A stretch of DNA of 64,000 bases from an uncultured delta proteobacterium (GTDB lineage Bacteria > Desulfobacterota > Desulfobacteria > Desulfobacterales > Desulfosalsimonadaceae). Shown piece by piece: positions 31,222 through 40,794 of the stretch. The DNA lies in assembly GCA_963826785.1 (NCBI GenBank), contig CAWGYD010000006.1, positions 800,001 through 864,000 on the forward strand, in the 5' to 3' direction. The notes under the pieces were generated by a model. The model made no database searches. It was not told where the DNA came from and saw only the letters and a list, made by a program, of their open reading frames with translations. The position numbers were made by a program, and so were the translations under genes. Every line of letters starts with the position of its first letter. Positions within the stretch are counted from its first letter, which is position 1.

Positions 31222-33000
31222 GTGACGGAACCATTGGGCGATATGCGGCGGACCCACTACTGCGGTGCGCTGGGCATAAAAGATGTGGGGGCGGAAGTGA
31301 TATTGATGGGGTGGATCCAGCGGCGCCGGGACCACGGAGGGGTGATTTTCGTGGACTTGCGGGACCGGGACGGCATAACCCAGGTGGTGTTCAACCCGGA
31401 GAAGAACCCGGCGGTCCATGAAAAAGCCCATGACATCCGCAGCGAATATGTGCTGGCCGTCAAGGGCGTGGTGGAGAAGCGGCCCGAGGGCATGGCCAAC
31501 CCCGATCTTGCCACCGGCGAAATCGAAATCATGGTCACCGGGCTCAAGATATTGAACACCGCCCAGACCCCGCCGTTCATGATCGAAGACAACATCGACG
31601 TCAATGAAAACATCCGGCTCCAGTACCGGCACCTGGATCTCCGGCGCCCCAGGCTCCAGCGCAATCTCATCATGCGCCACAAGGCGGCCGCCGCCCTGCG
31701 GCAGTACCTGAACGCTCAGGGGTTTTTGGACATCGAAACCCCTTTTCTCACCAAGAGCACGCCGGAAGGCGCCCGGGACTACCTGGTTCCCAGCCGGGTC
31801 AGCCAGGGGATGTTCTACGCCCTTCCGCAATCTCCCCAGTTGTTCAAACAGCTGCTGATGATTTCGGGCTATGACCGGTACTACCAGATCGTCCGGTGTT
31901 TCCGGGACGAGGACCTGCGGGCCGACCGGCAGCCGGAGTTTACCCAGATCGATATGGAGATGTCGTTCGTGGGGGAAGAGGATGTCATGGCGATATCCGA
32001 AGGCCTGGTGGCAAATATCTTCAAGGAAGTGCGCAATATCGATCTTGCGCCGCCCTTTGCCCGGATGACCTACGATGAGGCCATCGCCCGCTACGGCCTG
32101 GACCGGCCGGATCTCCGGTTCGGCCTGGAAATGACCGACATTTCAGATATCGTGGAAGATTCGGGGTTTAAAGTCTTTTCCGACGCGGTGAAAAAAGGAG
32201 GGATCGTAAAAGCCATCAATGCCAAGGGGTGCGAGTCCATGACCCGCAAGGAGCTGGACGACCTCACCGAGTTTGTCAAGATCTACCGGGCCAAGGGGCT
32301 GGCCTGGATCAAGGTCCGGGAAAACGAATGGCAGTCCCCCATCACCAAGTTCTTTTCCGATAAGGAAAAGCAGCAGATGGCAAAGCGGCTGGACATGAAG
32401 CCCGGAGACCTGGTCTTTTTCGGCGCGGACAGCGCCAAAGTGGTCAACGAGGCCATGGGGCAGCTCAGGAACCACCTGGGCCGCAAGCTCAAACTGATCG
32501 ATGAATCCGCTTTCCAGTTTGTCTGGGTCACCCATTTCCCCATGTTCGAATACGATGAAACGGAGAAGCGCTACCAGGCCCTCCACCACCCCTTCACCTC
32601 GCCCTTGGAATCCGATTACGACAAGCTGGAATCCGATCCGCTGGCCGTGCGCTCCCGGGCCTATGATCTGGTCTTGAACGGCTCTGAAATCGGCGGGGGC
32701 TCCATCCGTATCCATCGCAAGGACCTTCAGGTGAGAATTTTAAAAGGGCTGGGCATGGAGCAGGAAGAATACGAAGCCAAATTCGGGTTTTTGCTCTCGG
32801 CTTTAGATTCCGGTGCGCCGCCCCACGGCGGACTGGCCTTCGGGTTTGACCGCCTGATGACCATCCTGTGCGGCGGAGGCTCCATCCGGGAGGTGATCGC
32901 CTTTCCCAAGACCCAGAAAGCGGCCTGCCTGCTCACAGACGCGCCGTCGCCGGCCAGCCGGGCGCAGCTGCAGGAGTTGGCGCTGAAAATTGATCTGTAA
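31222..33000 (+). CDS. aspS: Aspartate--tRNA ligase (probably non-discriminating: RRDHGG)
   Basis: [56 protein letters not shown]. Confidence 0.98.
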   Translation: MTEPLGDMRRTHYCGALGIKDVGAEVILMGWIQRRRDHGGVIFVDLRDRDGITQVVFNPEKNPAVHEKAHDIRSEYVLAVKGVVEKRPEGMANPDLATGEIEIMVTGLKILNTAQTPPFMIEDNIDVNENIRLQYRHLDLRRPRLQRNLIMRHKAAAALRQYLNAQGFLDIETPFLTKSTPEGARDYLVPSRVSQGMFYALPQSPQLFKQLLMISGYDRYYQIVRCFRDEDLRADRQPEFTQIDMEMSFVGEEDVMAISEGLVANIFKEVRNIDLAPPFARMTYDEAIARYGLDRPDLRFGLEMTDISDIVEDSGFKVFSDAVKKGGIVKAINAKGCESMTRKELDDLTEFVKIYRAKGLAWIKVRENEWQSPITKFFSDKEKQQMAKRLDMKPGDLVFFGADSAKVVNEAMGQLRNHLGRKLKLIDESAFQFVWVTHFPMFEYDETEKRYQALHHPFTSPLESDYDKLESDPLAVRSRAYDLVLNGSEIGGGSIRIHRKDLQVRILKGLGMEQEEYEAKFGFLLSALDSGAPPHGGLAFGFDRLMTILCGGGSIREVIAFPKTQKAACLLTDAPSPASRAQLQELALKIDL

Positions 33001-33059
33001 TCTTGCATGATGAACTTGAGAGATGATCTCTCTCTCGGTCTTGTACGATTTGAACTTTT

Positions 33060-33136
33060 TGGAATAATGGAATGTTGGAATACTGGGAAAAAAAGAGCAC
33101 TCTGCCCATCCATCATTCCATCATTCCATTATTCCA
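33060..33136. repeat. Intergenic inverted 8-nt-period repeat, second copy
   Basis: tggaataa tggaatgt tggaatac tggg ... tcattcca tcattcca ttattcca. Confidence 0.8.
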
Positions 33137-33206
33137 ATTTCCATCAGGACGAAGCCGCTGCCCTTAAAAATATCTTGGACTTTATAGAAATCAGGGAGGG
33201 GGGATC

Positions 33207-34580
33207 ATGCCGCATTTGATCGAGGAGAAGCTTACGGCTCTGGAGGCCGAAGGGGTCAACCAGGTCAAGATCGCCCTGACCGATATCGACGGCGTTTTGC
33301 GGGGCAAGTACCTGACCCTGAAGAAGTTCAAATCGGTGGCCCGGGCCACGGGCGGGTTCTGCGACTGTGTGCTGGGGTGGGACTGCGCCGATCAGCTTTA
33401 CGACAATGCCGCCTATACCGGGTGGCATACGGCCTACCCGGATGTCGCCTTCAAAATCGATCTTTCCACCGAGCGGCGCATGCCCGAAGAGGCGCACATC
33501 CCTTTTTTCCTGGGCGAGTTTGTCAGCGCCGATGACGACCTTCACCCCATCTGTCCGCGCTCCCTGCTGCGCCGGGTGCTGGAAAAAGCAAAAGACATGG
33601 GGTTTGGCGCAAAGTATGCCTTTGAATATGAGTTCTTCGTGTTCAAGGAGACCCCCCATTCCATCCGGGAAAAGCATTACCGGGATTTGACCCCGCTCTC
33701 ACCGGGCATGTTCGGCTATTCCATCCTGCGAAACACCTGGCTCTCCGACCTGTTCAACACTTTCATGGATTATTTTGACAAGCTCGACATCGAGTTGGAG
33801 GGGCTTCACTGCGAAACCGGGCCGGGTGTCTGGGAGACGGCCATTTCCCATGACACCGGCATCACGGCGGCGGACAAGGCCAACCTGTTCAAGACCTTTG
33901 CCAAGACCTTTTTCCAGAAGCAGGGCATGGTAGCGACCTTCATGGCCAAATGGTCCATGGACTATCCCGGCCAGAGCGGCCACATGCACCAGTCCCTCTA
34001 TGATCTGAATTCCGGCAAATCGGTGTTCCACGACCCGGAGGCAAAAGACGGCATGAGCGAGATCATGCGCTGGTACACTGCCGGGGTGGTCAAATACATG
34101 AAGGAATTTCTGGTCATGTCGGCCCCCACCATCAACAGCTATACCCGGCTTACCAAGGGGGCCTGGGCCCCCACTTCGGCGGCCTGGGGCATGGACAACC
34201 GGACTACCGCCGTCCGGGTCATTCCCGGAAACGACAGCGCCCAGCGCCTTGAATTTCGCATCGGCGCGGCCGACGGCAACCCCTACCTGGTGGCAGCAGC
34301 GGTCATCGGGGCAGGGCTGCGGGGGATCGAGGAAAAGCGCTCGCTTGCCGATCCGGTGAAGGGAAACGCATATGAGATCCAGGATAGGATGCCAGAAGAA
34401 CTGCAGCTGCCCACCTGCTTAAAGGATGCCGCCCGGCTGTTCAAGCACTCCGCGGCCGCCCGGGAACTGTTCGGGGACACGTTCGTGGACCATTTCGTCT
34501 GCACCCGGGAGTGGGAAGTGCGCGAATACGAGCGGTTTGTCAACGACTGGCAGCTGAAGCGGTATTTTGAGATTATATGA
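33207..34580 (+). CDS. Glutamine-synthetase-like gamma-glutamyl-amine ligase
   Basis: DIDGVLRGK, EYEFF, HCETGPGVWE, GQSGHMHQS, NSYTRL, DNRTTAVR, EFR...NPY. The flap reads GAWAP rather than the GYEAP of true GSI. Confidence 0.9.
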   Translation: MPHLIEEKLTALEAEGVNQVKIALTDIDGVLRGKYLTLKKFKSVARATGGFCDCVLGWDCADQLYDNAAYTGWHTAYPDVAFKIDLSTERRMPEEAHIPFFLGEFVSADDDLHPICPRSLLRRVLEKAKDMGFGAKYAFEYEFFVFKETPHSIREKHYRDLTPLSPGMFGYSILRNTWLSDLFNTFMDYFDKLDIELEGLHCETGPGVWETAISHDTGITAADKANLFKTFAKTFFQKQGMVATFMAKWSMDYPGQSGHMHQSLYDLNSGKSVFHDPEAKDGMSEIMRWYTAGVVKYMKEFLVMSAPTINSYTRLTKGAWAPTSAAWGMDNRTTAVRVIPGNDSAQRLEFRIGAADGNPYLVAAAVIGAGLRGIEEKRSLADPVKGNAYEIQDRMPEELQLPTCLKDAARLFKHSAAARELFGDTFVDHFVCTREWEVREYERFVNDWQLKRYFEII

Positions 34581-34593
34581 CGCCCGGCGTTTG

Positions 34594-34702
34594 ACACCCC
34601 CCTGGCCCCCCTCAAGGGGGGATTTTGACGGGTGCCCATCTTTTCCCCCCTCGCCGGGGCGTGGATTTTTAATTCCCCCCTTGAGGGGGGGCAGGGGGGT
34701 GT
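34594..34702. repeat. REP-like inverted doublet (ACACCCCCCTGnCCCCCCTCAAGGGGGGA)
   Basis: ~30-bp units in inverted orientation, each with internal palindrome CCCCCCTCAAGGGGGG. Confidence 0.85.
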
Positions 34703-34740
34703 AGGAGCCTGAAAAATTTTAGATATTTAAAGGAAAACCC

Positions 34741-35892
34741 ATGAACCAATATAATTTTCCCACCACCATTTTATGCGGCCAGGGTGCACTGGCGGAATTC
34801 GTCAACCGGATCCAGGCGAAAAATCACCGGCATCTGCTCATCGTCACGGACCCGTCGCTGGTGACCTATGGCCTGGTCGACCATCTGACCCGGATGCTTT
34901 CTGAAAAGGACATGGCGCATACCGTATTTTCGGACACGCACCCCAACCCGGTGGAGGAAGATGTGGAAAAGGGGGCCGGGATCTTCCGGGACCAGGGGTG
35001 TGATGCCATCATCGCCTTCGGCGGGGGAAGTCCCATGGATGCGGCCAAGGCCATTAAAATCATGGCCGTGCATCCATTCCCCATGGAACCCTATGACGAT
35101 GCCAAAGGAGGCGACAGGAACATCGTCCATCCCATGCCCCCCCTGTATGCCATCCCCACCACCGCGGGCACGGGAAGCGAAGTGGGGCGCTCCGCGGTGA
35201 TCATCTTAAAGAGCACCGGCCGGAAAACCATCTTCTTTCATCCGGACCTGATGCCGGATATGGCGGTGCTGGAGCCGGAACTCACCACGAACCTTCCCGA
35301 AGACATTACCGCGGCCACCGGCATGGACGCCTTCATCCACTGCCTGGAGGCCTACTTTTCTCCCGGCTTTCACCCCATGGCCGACGGCATCGCCCTCCAG
35401 GGAATGGAGCTGATCCTGGACTGGCTTCCCCAGGCGGTCAAAAAGGGGCGCAACTTAAAGGCCCGGGAGCGGATGCTCATTGCCGCCTCCATGGGCGCCG
35501 TGGCTTTTCAGAAGGGGCTCGGCATGATCCATTCCATGGCCCATCCCCTGTCGTCCCGGCACGGGCTCCACCATGGCCTGGCCAATGCCCTGCTGCTGCC
35601 CCAGTCCATCGCCTTTCTGGAAAAGGCGGATCTGGACGCCGCCCAGATGGCGCGGATGGAGAGGGTAAAAGCCATGTTCGACAAACGGATCGCAAAGGAA
35701 AACAGCCTGTCCGGCCAGTGCCGGGCCTTCATCAAGGATCTTGGAATCGTGCGCGGCCTTTCCCATCACGGGATCGGCCCGGCGGACCTGGAAATTTTGA
35801 GCACGGAAGCATTTGAGGATCCCTGTCATGCCAATAACATGATCCCGGTGACCCGGTCCGACCTGTTGTCCGTGTACCGGGCGGCCCTGTGA
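34741..35892 (+). CDS. Iron-containing alcohol dehydrogenase
   Basis: GGGSPMDAAK, PTTAGTGSE, DAFIHCLE, IHSMAH, HHGLANA. Confidence 0.95.
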   Translation: MNQYNFPTTILCGQGALAEFVNRIQAKNHRHLLIVTDPSLVTYGLVDHLTRMLSEKDMAHTVFSDTHPNPVEEDVEKGAGIFRDQGCDAIIAFGGGSPMDAAKAIKIMAVHPFPMEPYDDAKGGDRNIVHPMPPLYAIPTTAGTGSEVGRSAVIILKSTGRKTIFFHPDLMPDMAVLEPELTTNLPEDITAATGMDAFIHCLEAYFSPGFHPMADGIALQGMELILDWLPQAVKKGRNLKARERMLIAASMGAVAFQKGLGMIHSMAHPLSSRHGLHHGLANALLLPQSIAFLEKADLDAAQMARMERVKAMFDKRIAKENSLSGQCRAFIKDLGIVRGLSHHGIGPADLEILSTEAFEDPCHANNMIPVTRSDLLSVYRAAL

Positions 35893-36590
35893 AAATCGCC
35901 CTGCTCCAGTGTGATCATGTGATGCCGGAACTGGCGGCCCATTTCGGCGATTTTTCTGAATTTTTCTCCAATCTGTTTTCCGCCCACTCGCAAGTTAGGG
36001 TCGCACTGGATGTGTTTGATGTGACGGCGCGCCGGTACCCGGACGATCTTGACGCCTATGACGGATTCATGGGCACGGGATCCCGCTTTTCGGTGTATGA
36101 CGACCTGGATTGGATCAAGGCGTTTTCCCGGTTTGTGGTCCGGCTGTTTGAAGAGAAAAGAAAATTTATCGGCATCTGTTTCGGCCACCAGATGATCGCC
36201 CAGGCGCTGGGGGGCAGGTGCGAACAAGCAAAAGCCGGGTGGGGGCTGGGGGCAAAAGAGATGTCCGTGTATCGCCAAAAGGACTGGATGTCTCCTGAAA
36301 AAGACCGGATTTTTCTGCTCATGAGCCACCTGGACCAGGTTTCCGCGCTTCCCGAAAATGCCGAGGTGCTGGCCGGAAACGAACACTGCCCCTATGGCAT
36401 GTTCGCGCTTCAAGATCATTTCCTGGGCATCCAGGGGCACCCTGAATTTAGCGCGCCATATCTTGAAAAGCTGATGGAATCGCGCATCGGCCGGATCGGG
36501 AGAGCAGAAGTGGACGGTGCGGTAAAGACCTTGGGCAATCCCACGGATGAAGCCGTGGTGACAAAATGGATGATCAATTTTCTGCGGTAA
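35889..36590 (+). CDS. Class I glutamine amidotransferase-like hydrolase
   Basis: GICFGHQ nucleophile elbow and QGHPEF. GTG start overlaps the ADH stop by 4 nt. Confidence 0.92.
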   Translation: MKIALLQCDHVMPELAAHFGDFSEFFSNLFSAHSQVRVALDVFDVTARRYPDDLDAYDGFMGTGSRFSVYDDLDWIKAFSRFVVRLFEEKRKFIGICFGHQMIAQALGGRCEQAKAGWGLGAKEMSVYRQKDWMSPEKDRIFLLMSHLDQVSALPENAEVLAGNEHCPYGMFALQDHFLGIQGHPEFSAPYLEKLMESRIGRIGRAEVDGAVKTLGNPTDEAVVTKWMINFLR

Positions 36591-36597
36591 CAACGAT

Positions 36598-36689
36598 GAC
36601 ACCTCCCCTGACCCCTTTCAGGGTGGGAATTTCCGGCATTATTTCGGAAGCAACGCGCTGTCGATTTCCCTTGAGGGGGCCTGGCTGTC
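36598..36689. repeat. Degenerate REP-like inverted doublet
   Basis: gacacctcccctgacccctttcagggtggga ... tttcccttgagggggcctggctgtc. Confidence 0.6.
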
Positions 36690-36731
36690 AATCCTCGAAT
36701 TCTCAAAAATATCAAGAAAGCAGAAATCATC

Positions 36732-38576
36732 ATGTACGGTTTTACCGGAAAAATCCTGGTGGTGGACGTGGGCGAGAAAACCTTTATGGTCCTTGAGAAG
36801 GACGCGGCGTTTTATCGCAAATACACGGGGGGCGCGCTGCTGTGCGCGGCCCTGTTTGCCGGTCATACCGCCGGAAAGGCGCATCTGACCCCGTTTTCCA
36901 CTGAAAACCCCCTTGTTTTTGCCACCGGTCCCATGGCCGGGGGGAAGGTGTGCGGGGCCACCCGGGTCAACCTCATGTCCCTGGCGCCCGAATCGACCGG
37001 CATCTATCTTTCCCAGGCCGGCGGGGAATTCGGCCCGGCGCTGAAGCGGGCGGGATTTGACGCCCTGGTGGTGTCCGGCCGCTCGGAGCAGCCCGTGGTG
37101 GTGGTGATCGAAAATGAATCCGTGTCCTTTAAAGAGGCAACTCCCTGGTGGGGAACGGACCGGATCAGCGCCCGCAGCGCCATGATCGACGAATTCGGAG
37201 AAGATTTCTGCCTGGCCGTCATCGGTCCGGCCGGGGAAAACCGGGCCGTACAGGCCAACATCATGTTCGAGCCGGAGCACTACGCGGGCAGGGGAGGACT
37301 GGGCGCGGTCATGGGGGACAAGAAAATCAAGGCCATTGCGGTCCGGGGCAACCGGGAAGCACAATTCAGGGACCCGCAGGCCGTAAAATCCGTCAACCAG
37401 GCCGGCGGCAGGGCGCTTGCGCAGAAGATCAAAAAGAACCCCGGGTCGTTCATGGGGGTGTTGCGCCACCTGGGCACCTTCGGGCTTCTTTCCATGAATC
37501 AGAAATCGGGCAACCTCCCCACCCGCAATTTTACCGCCGGAAGTCCGAAGCATCCGGAGACACTGGCCTGGCTCTCCCCTCAAACCGCGGCCGATGCCTA
37601 CGTGGGCCGCATCAATCCCTGCAGGAGCTGTTTTGTGGCCTGCAAGAAGGGGTTCAAGGCCGATCCGGCCTACTCGTCTTTGGCCGAGTATGAGAGCGTG
37701 GCCACCCTGGGTCCCAACCTGGGGCTGGAAGATGATTTCGATGCCGGCCTGGCCGCGTGCGAACTGTGCAATCGTCTGGGCATGGACACCATTTCCACCG
37801 GCAACATGATCGCCTGGCTCATGCAGGGGTTCGAATCCGGGGCCATCACGGAAAAAGAGACGGGATTTGCCATGGGTTTCGGCGAAGGGAAGAAGGCCAT
37901 TGCGCTCATTACGGACATGGCATACCGGAAAACGGACCTGGGCAGCCTACTGGCGGACGGAATCGAGGCGGCCATCGGGCATTTCGGCCCACATACCCGA
38001 GCTTTCAGCCGATTTGTCCGGGGCATCGGCATGCCGGCCCACATGCCCGGCAAAAAACCGGGGATCGGGTTCGGCTACTTTCATGGGCCCAACCCCAACG
38101 ATCACATGAAAGCCGAACACGACTGGATCGCTTCGGACCCGGAGAGCTTAAACGCCCTGGGCGTGTCGGTCACCTCGGCCCCCGATGCCCTGGATAGCGC
38201 CAAGGTGGACGTCTACCGGGCCACGCAGTTCTATTATGCGGCCATGGACGCCTTAAGCCTGTGCCTGTTCGTGTTCGCCCCCGGAAACGTCTATTGCATC
38301 GAGGAAATCCTCCAGCTGGTCAACGCCGCCACCGGTTTTGAGCTTGACTTTACATCGTTAATGGAGATCGGTGAACGCACGGTCCAGCTCCAGCGCAAAC
38401 TCTACCTGGATTTCGGCGGCGAAGACGAACCCTGTGCGTCATTCGGAAAGGATGATGCCGGTTCTGCTGTCACCCGGGCGGAATTCGAGGCGGCCCGCAG
38501 GCACTACTACAACATCATGGGGTGGGATGAACAGGGCCGTCCGCTGCCTGAAACGCTTTCCCGCCTGGGCCTGTAA
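36732..38576 (+). CDS. Aldehyde:ferredoxin oxidoreductase (W/Mo AOR family)
   Basis: GFTGKILVVD, SQAGGEFG..LKRAGFD, IGPAGEN, AGRGGLGAVMG.KKIKAI, LPTRNF, CRSCFVAC, EYES, CNRLGMDTIS. Confidence 0.93.
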   Translation: MYGFTGKILVVDVGEKTFMVLEKDAAFYRKYTGGALLCAALFAGHTAGKAHLTPFSTENPLVFATGPMAGGKVCGATRVNLMSLAPESTGIYLSQAGGEFGPALKRAGFDALVVSGRSEQPVVVVIENESVSFKEATPWWGTDRISARSAMIDEFGEDFCLAVIGPAGENRAVQANIMFEPEHYAGRGGLGAVMGDKKIKAIAVRGNREAQFRDPQAVKSVNQAGGRALAQKIKKNPGSFMGVLRHLGTFGLLSMNQKSGNLPTRNFTAGSPKHPETLAWLSPQTAADAYVGRINPCRSCFVACKKGFKADPAYSSLAEYESVATLGPNLGLEDDFDAGLAACELCNRLGMDTISTGNMIAWLMQGFESGAITEKETGFAMGFGEGKKAIALITDMAYRKTDLGSLLADGIEAAIGHFGPHTRAFSRFVRGIGMPAHMPGKKPGIGFGYFHGPNPNDHMKAEHDWIASDPESLNALGVSVTSAPDALDSAKVDVYRATQFYYAAMDALSLCLFVFAPGNVYCIEEILQLVNAATGFELDFTSLMEIGERTVQLQRKLYLDFGGEDEPCASFGKDDAGSAVTRAEFEAARRHYYNIMGWDEQGRPLPETLSRLGL

Positions 38577-38619
38577 ACCATTGCCCAGCCACGAGCCTTT
38601 ACGGGCCGCCCGGCTTTGC

Positions 38620-39255
38620 TCAAACACCCAGTGCCGGGAAGAGCTGTTTGAGTCCGTTGGTGATAAATTCCACGGCAATGGCCGCGATGATCAGGCCCAT
38701 GATGCGGGTAATGATGTTGATGCCGGTCTTTCCCAGATAATCCGCGATATAGATCGAGCCCCGCAGGATTACCCAGGAGGAAATGGAAATCAGCACGATG
38801 ATGCCCGCAAGAATCCCGTCGTGCTCCCATGACGGCGCCCGGTTTGCATAGACGATCACGGTGCTGATGGCGCCGGGTCCCGCCAGCAGCGGCAGGCCCA
38901 GCGGCACCACTGCCACGGCGTCGCTTTCCTCCTTGTCTTCGGCCTCCTCCTGGGTGTATTTGGCCTGGCTCATCCGGGCGTGCATCATGGAAATGGCCAT
39001 GAGCAGCAGCAGGATGCCGCCCCCCACCCGGAATGACGCAATGGAAATCCCGAAAAACTTCAGCACCGCTTCCCCCGAGAATACGGCGACAATCAGGACA
39101 ATGCACAAGGTGGTGGCGGCAATCCGGGCGGCGCGGAAGCTTTGGGGGCCGGTCAGATTTTTGGTCAGGTTGATATATACCGGAACCGAGCCGACGGCAT
39201 TGACCACCGAAAACAGCGCCACAAAAAATTTGATGTACTCCGTAGAAGAAACCAT
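38620..39255 (-). CDS. marC: MarC family membrane protein
   Basis: FFGISIASFRVGGGILL, VPLGLPLLAGPGAISTV, TRIMGLIIAAIAVEF. Confidence 0.92.
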   Translation of the reverse strand: MVSSTEYIKFFVALFSVVNAVGSVPVYINLTKNLTGPQSFRAARIAATTLCIVLIVAVFSGEAVLKFFGISIASFRVGGGILLLLMAISMMHARMSQAKYTQEEAEDKEESDAVAVVPLGLPLLAGPGAISTVIVYANRAPSWEHDGILAGIIVLISISSWVILRGSIYIADYLGKTGINIITRIMGLIIAAIAVEFITNGLKQLFPALGV

Positions 39256-39264
39256 AGAGGATCT

Positions 39265-39726
39265 TTACAAATATTTGGCCACAGAAGGAGCGCCGCCTTC
39301 CAGGTCAAAGCCCGGGAGCACCATCACGGTGGAGGCGCCGTGGGCCACCAGGTCGCCGTTTCCGTTGCGCACTTCGGCGGATCCCAGGCCGATGGTTTTG
39401 CCCAGCCTCACGCATTGGCCCGTACCATGAAGCTCGCCGGATACAATGGGGGCAAGATAATTGAGTTTCAAGTCCACCGTGGTCAGACCGGCCCCTTCGG
39501 CCGCCTGGGTGAACACCGCCCAGAAGCAGGCCGCGTCGATGAGCGAGGCGCAGACCCCGCCGTGGACAATGCCGTAGGGCTGCAGGTGCTTTTCCCGTGC
39601 GGAGATGGTGAGCTCGGACTTGCCCCAGGTCATGTTTTCCAACCGCATGGACATGAGTTGAAAAAAATTGCTCGAATTCACCACCCGGGCGATGCGGGCC
39701 GTAAATTCCGGATTGATGGTTTTCAT
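39265..39726 (-). CDS. PaaI family hotdog thioesterase
   Basis: QPYGIVHGGVCASLID, TVDLKLNYLAP, G+C..G+ strand pattern. Confidence 0.92.
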   Translation of the reverse strand: MKTINPEFTARIARVVNSSNFFQLMSMRLENMTWGKSELTISAREKHLQPYGIVHGGVCASLIDAACFWAVFTQAAEGAGLTTVDLKLNYLAPIVSGELHGTGQCVRLGKTIGLGSAEVRNGNGDLVAHGASTVMVLPGFDLEGGAPSVAKYL

Positions 39727-39778
39727 GTGAAATTTATTCTTTTCTTCATTATATTTAATATTGTTTCATGCTTGCCTG

Positions 39779-39988
39779 AACACCCCCCTGACCCCCCTCA
39801 AGGGGGGATTACAAATCCATTCCTGACATACAGCGGGGCACCGCTTCCCGTTTCCAGCTAATGGCTTTTCCCAAATGGGGGATTACAAATCATTCCCTCG
39901 AGGGGCATCCTCCATCAATCCCCCCCCCCTCGAGGGGCATCCTTCCTTCTCCTCAATTCTCCCCCTTGAGGGGGGCCAGGGGGGTGTT
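39779..39988. repeat. REP-like cluster: outer inverted doublet plus internal partial copies
   Basis: aacacccccctgacccccctcaagggggga ... tcccccttgaggggggccaggggggtgtt. Internal gggggattacaaatc twice and ccctcgaggggcatcct twice. Confidence 0.85.
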
Positions 39989-40751
39989 ACACGTTGGCCA
40001 ACGTCCCGCCGTCCACGTACAACGTTTCACCCGTGATATATCCCGAATCCCCGGAACAGAGAAAAAGGACCGCCCCCACGATTTCCTCGGGCTGGGCCAG
40101 CCGCCCCTTGGGGATTTTGGATGCCGCGATCTGCTCGATTTCGGGATGCGACCAGATGGGTTCGCTGAAACTGGTTCTGGTCAGTCCCGGACCCACCGCA
40201 TTCACATTGATGTTGAGATAGGCCCACTCCACCGCCAGGCACTTGGTCAGCATGTTCAAGGCCGCCTTGCTGATGTGGTAGGCGCCCATGCCGGCGCCGC
40301 CCCGCACGGCCCCCACGGTGCTGATGTTGACGATGCGGCCGCCCCCCTGTTTTCCCATGACCTTGGCCGCGGCCCGGCTCAGCAGCCACACCGCCTTCAA
40401 ATTGGTGTCAAACACCTTGTCCCAGCCGTCCTCCCGCAAATCCATCAGGGGGACCATGTAGCTCTTGGCTGCGTTGTTGACCAGGATATCCAGCCGGCCG
40501 AAGGTGTCTACGGCGGTGGCCACCAGCTGTTCGATATTCTGGCTGTCCATCAGGTCGGTCTGGACGCACAGGGCTTCGCCCCCCATTTCCCGGATTTCGT
40601 CCTGAACGGATTCGAGCTCGGTCAGGGTCCGGCTGGACAGGACCACCCTGGCGCCGTTTTTCGCCAGACCCAGGGCGATCACCCGGCCGATGCCGCGGCC
40701 CGCCCCGGTGACAATCGCCACTTTGTCCCCAAGATCATAATGTACCGGCAT
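39987..40751 (-). CDS. Short-chain dehydrogenase/reductase (FabG/DHRS4-like)
   Basis: TGAGRGIG, NNAA, YHISK, NAVGPG, ITGETLYVDGG. Confidence 0.93.
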   Translation of the reverse strand: MPVHYDLGDKVAIVTGAGRGIGRVIALGLAKNGARVVLSSRTLTELESVQDEIREMGGEALCVQTDLMDSQNIEQLVATAVDTFGRLDILVNNAAKSYMVPLMDLREDGWDKVFDTNLKAVWLLSRAAAKVMGKQGGGRIVNISTVGAVRGGAGMGAYHISKAALNMLTKCLAVEWAYLNINVNAVGPGLTRTSFSEPIWSHPEIEQIAASKIPKGRLAQPEEIVGAVLFLCSGDSGYITGETLYVDGGTLANV

Positions 40752-40794
40752 ACCATCCTCCCTTCACATATGTTGAATACAACTTCTCCGGTGA

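Noticed and set aside
29854..31830. 658-aa minus-strand ORF
   Set aside because: Antisense shadow of hisS/aspS caused by GC-rich codon bias, with no recognisable motifs. The same applies to the other long antisense ORFs over carAB, the AOR, acrB and cgs.
33207..34580. Calling this gene glnA (true glutamine synthetase)
   Set aside because: The flap Glu is replaced by Trp, the N-terminal ammonium-site motif (FDGSS) is absent, and the context is catabolic.
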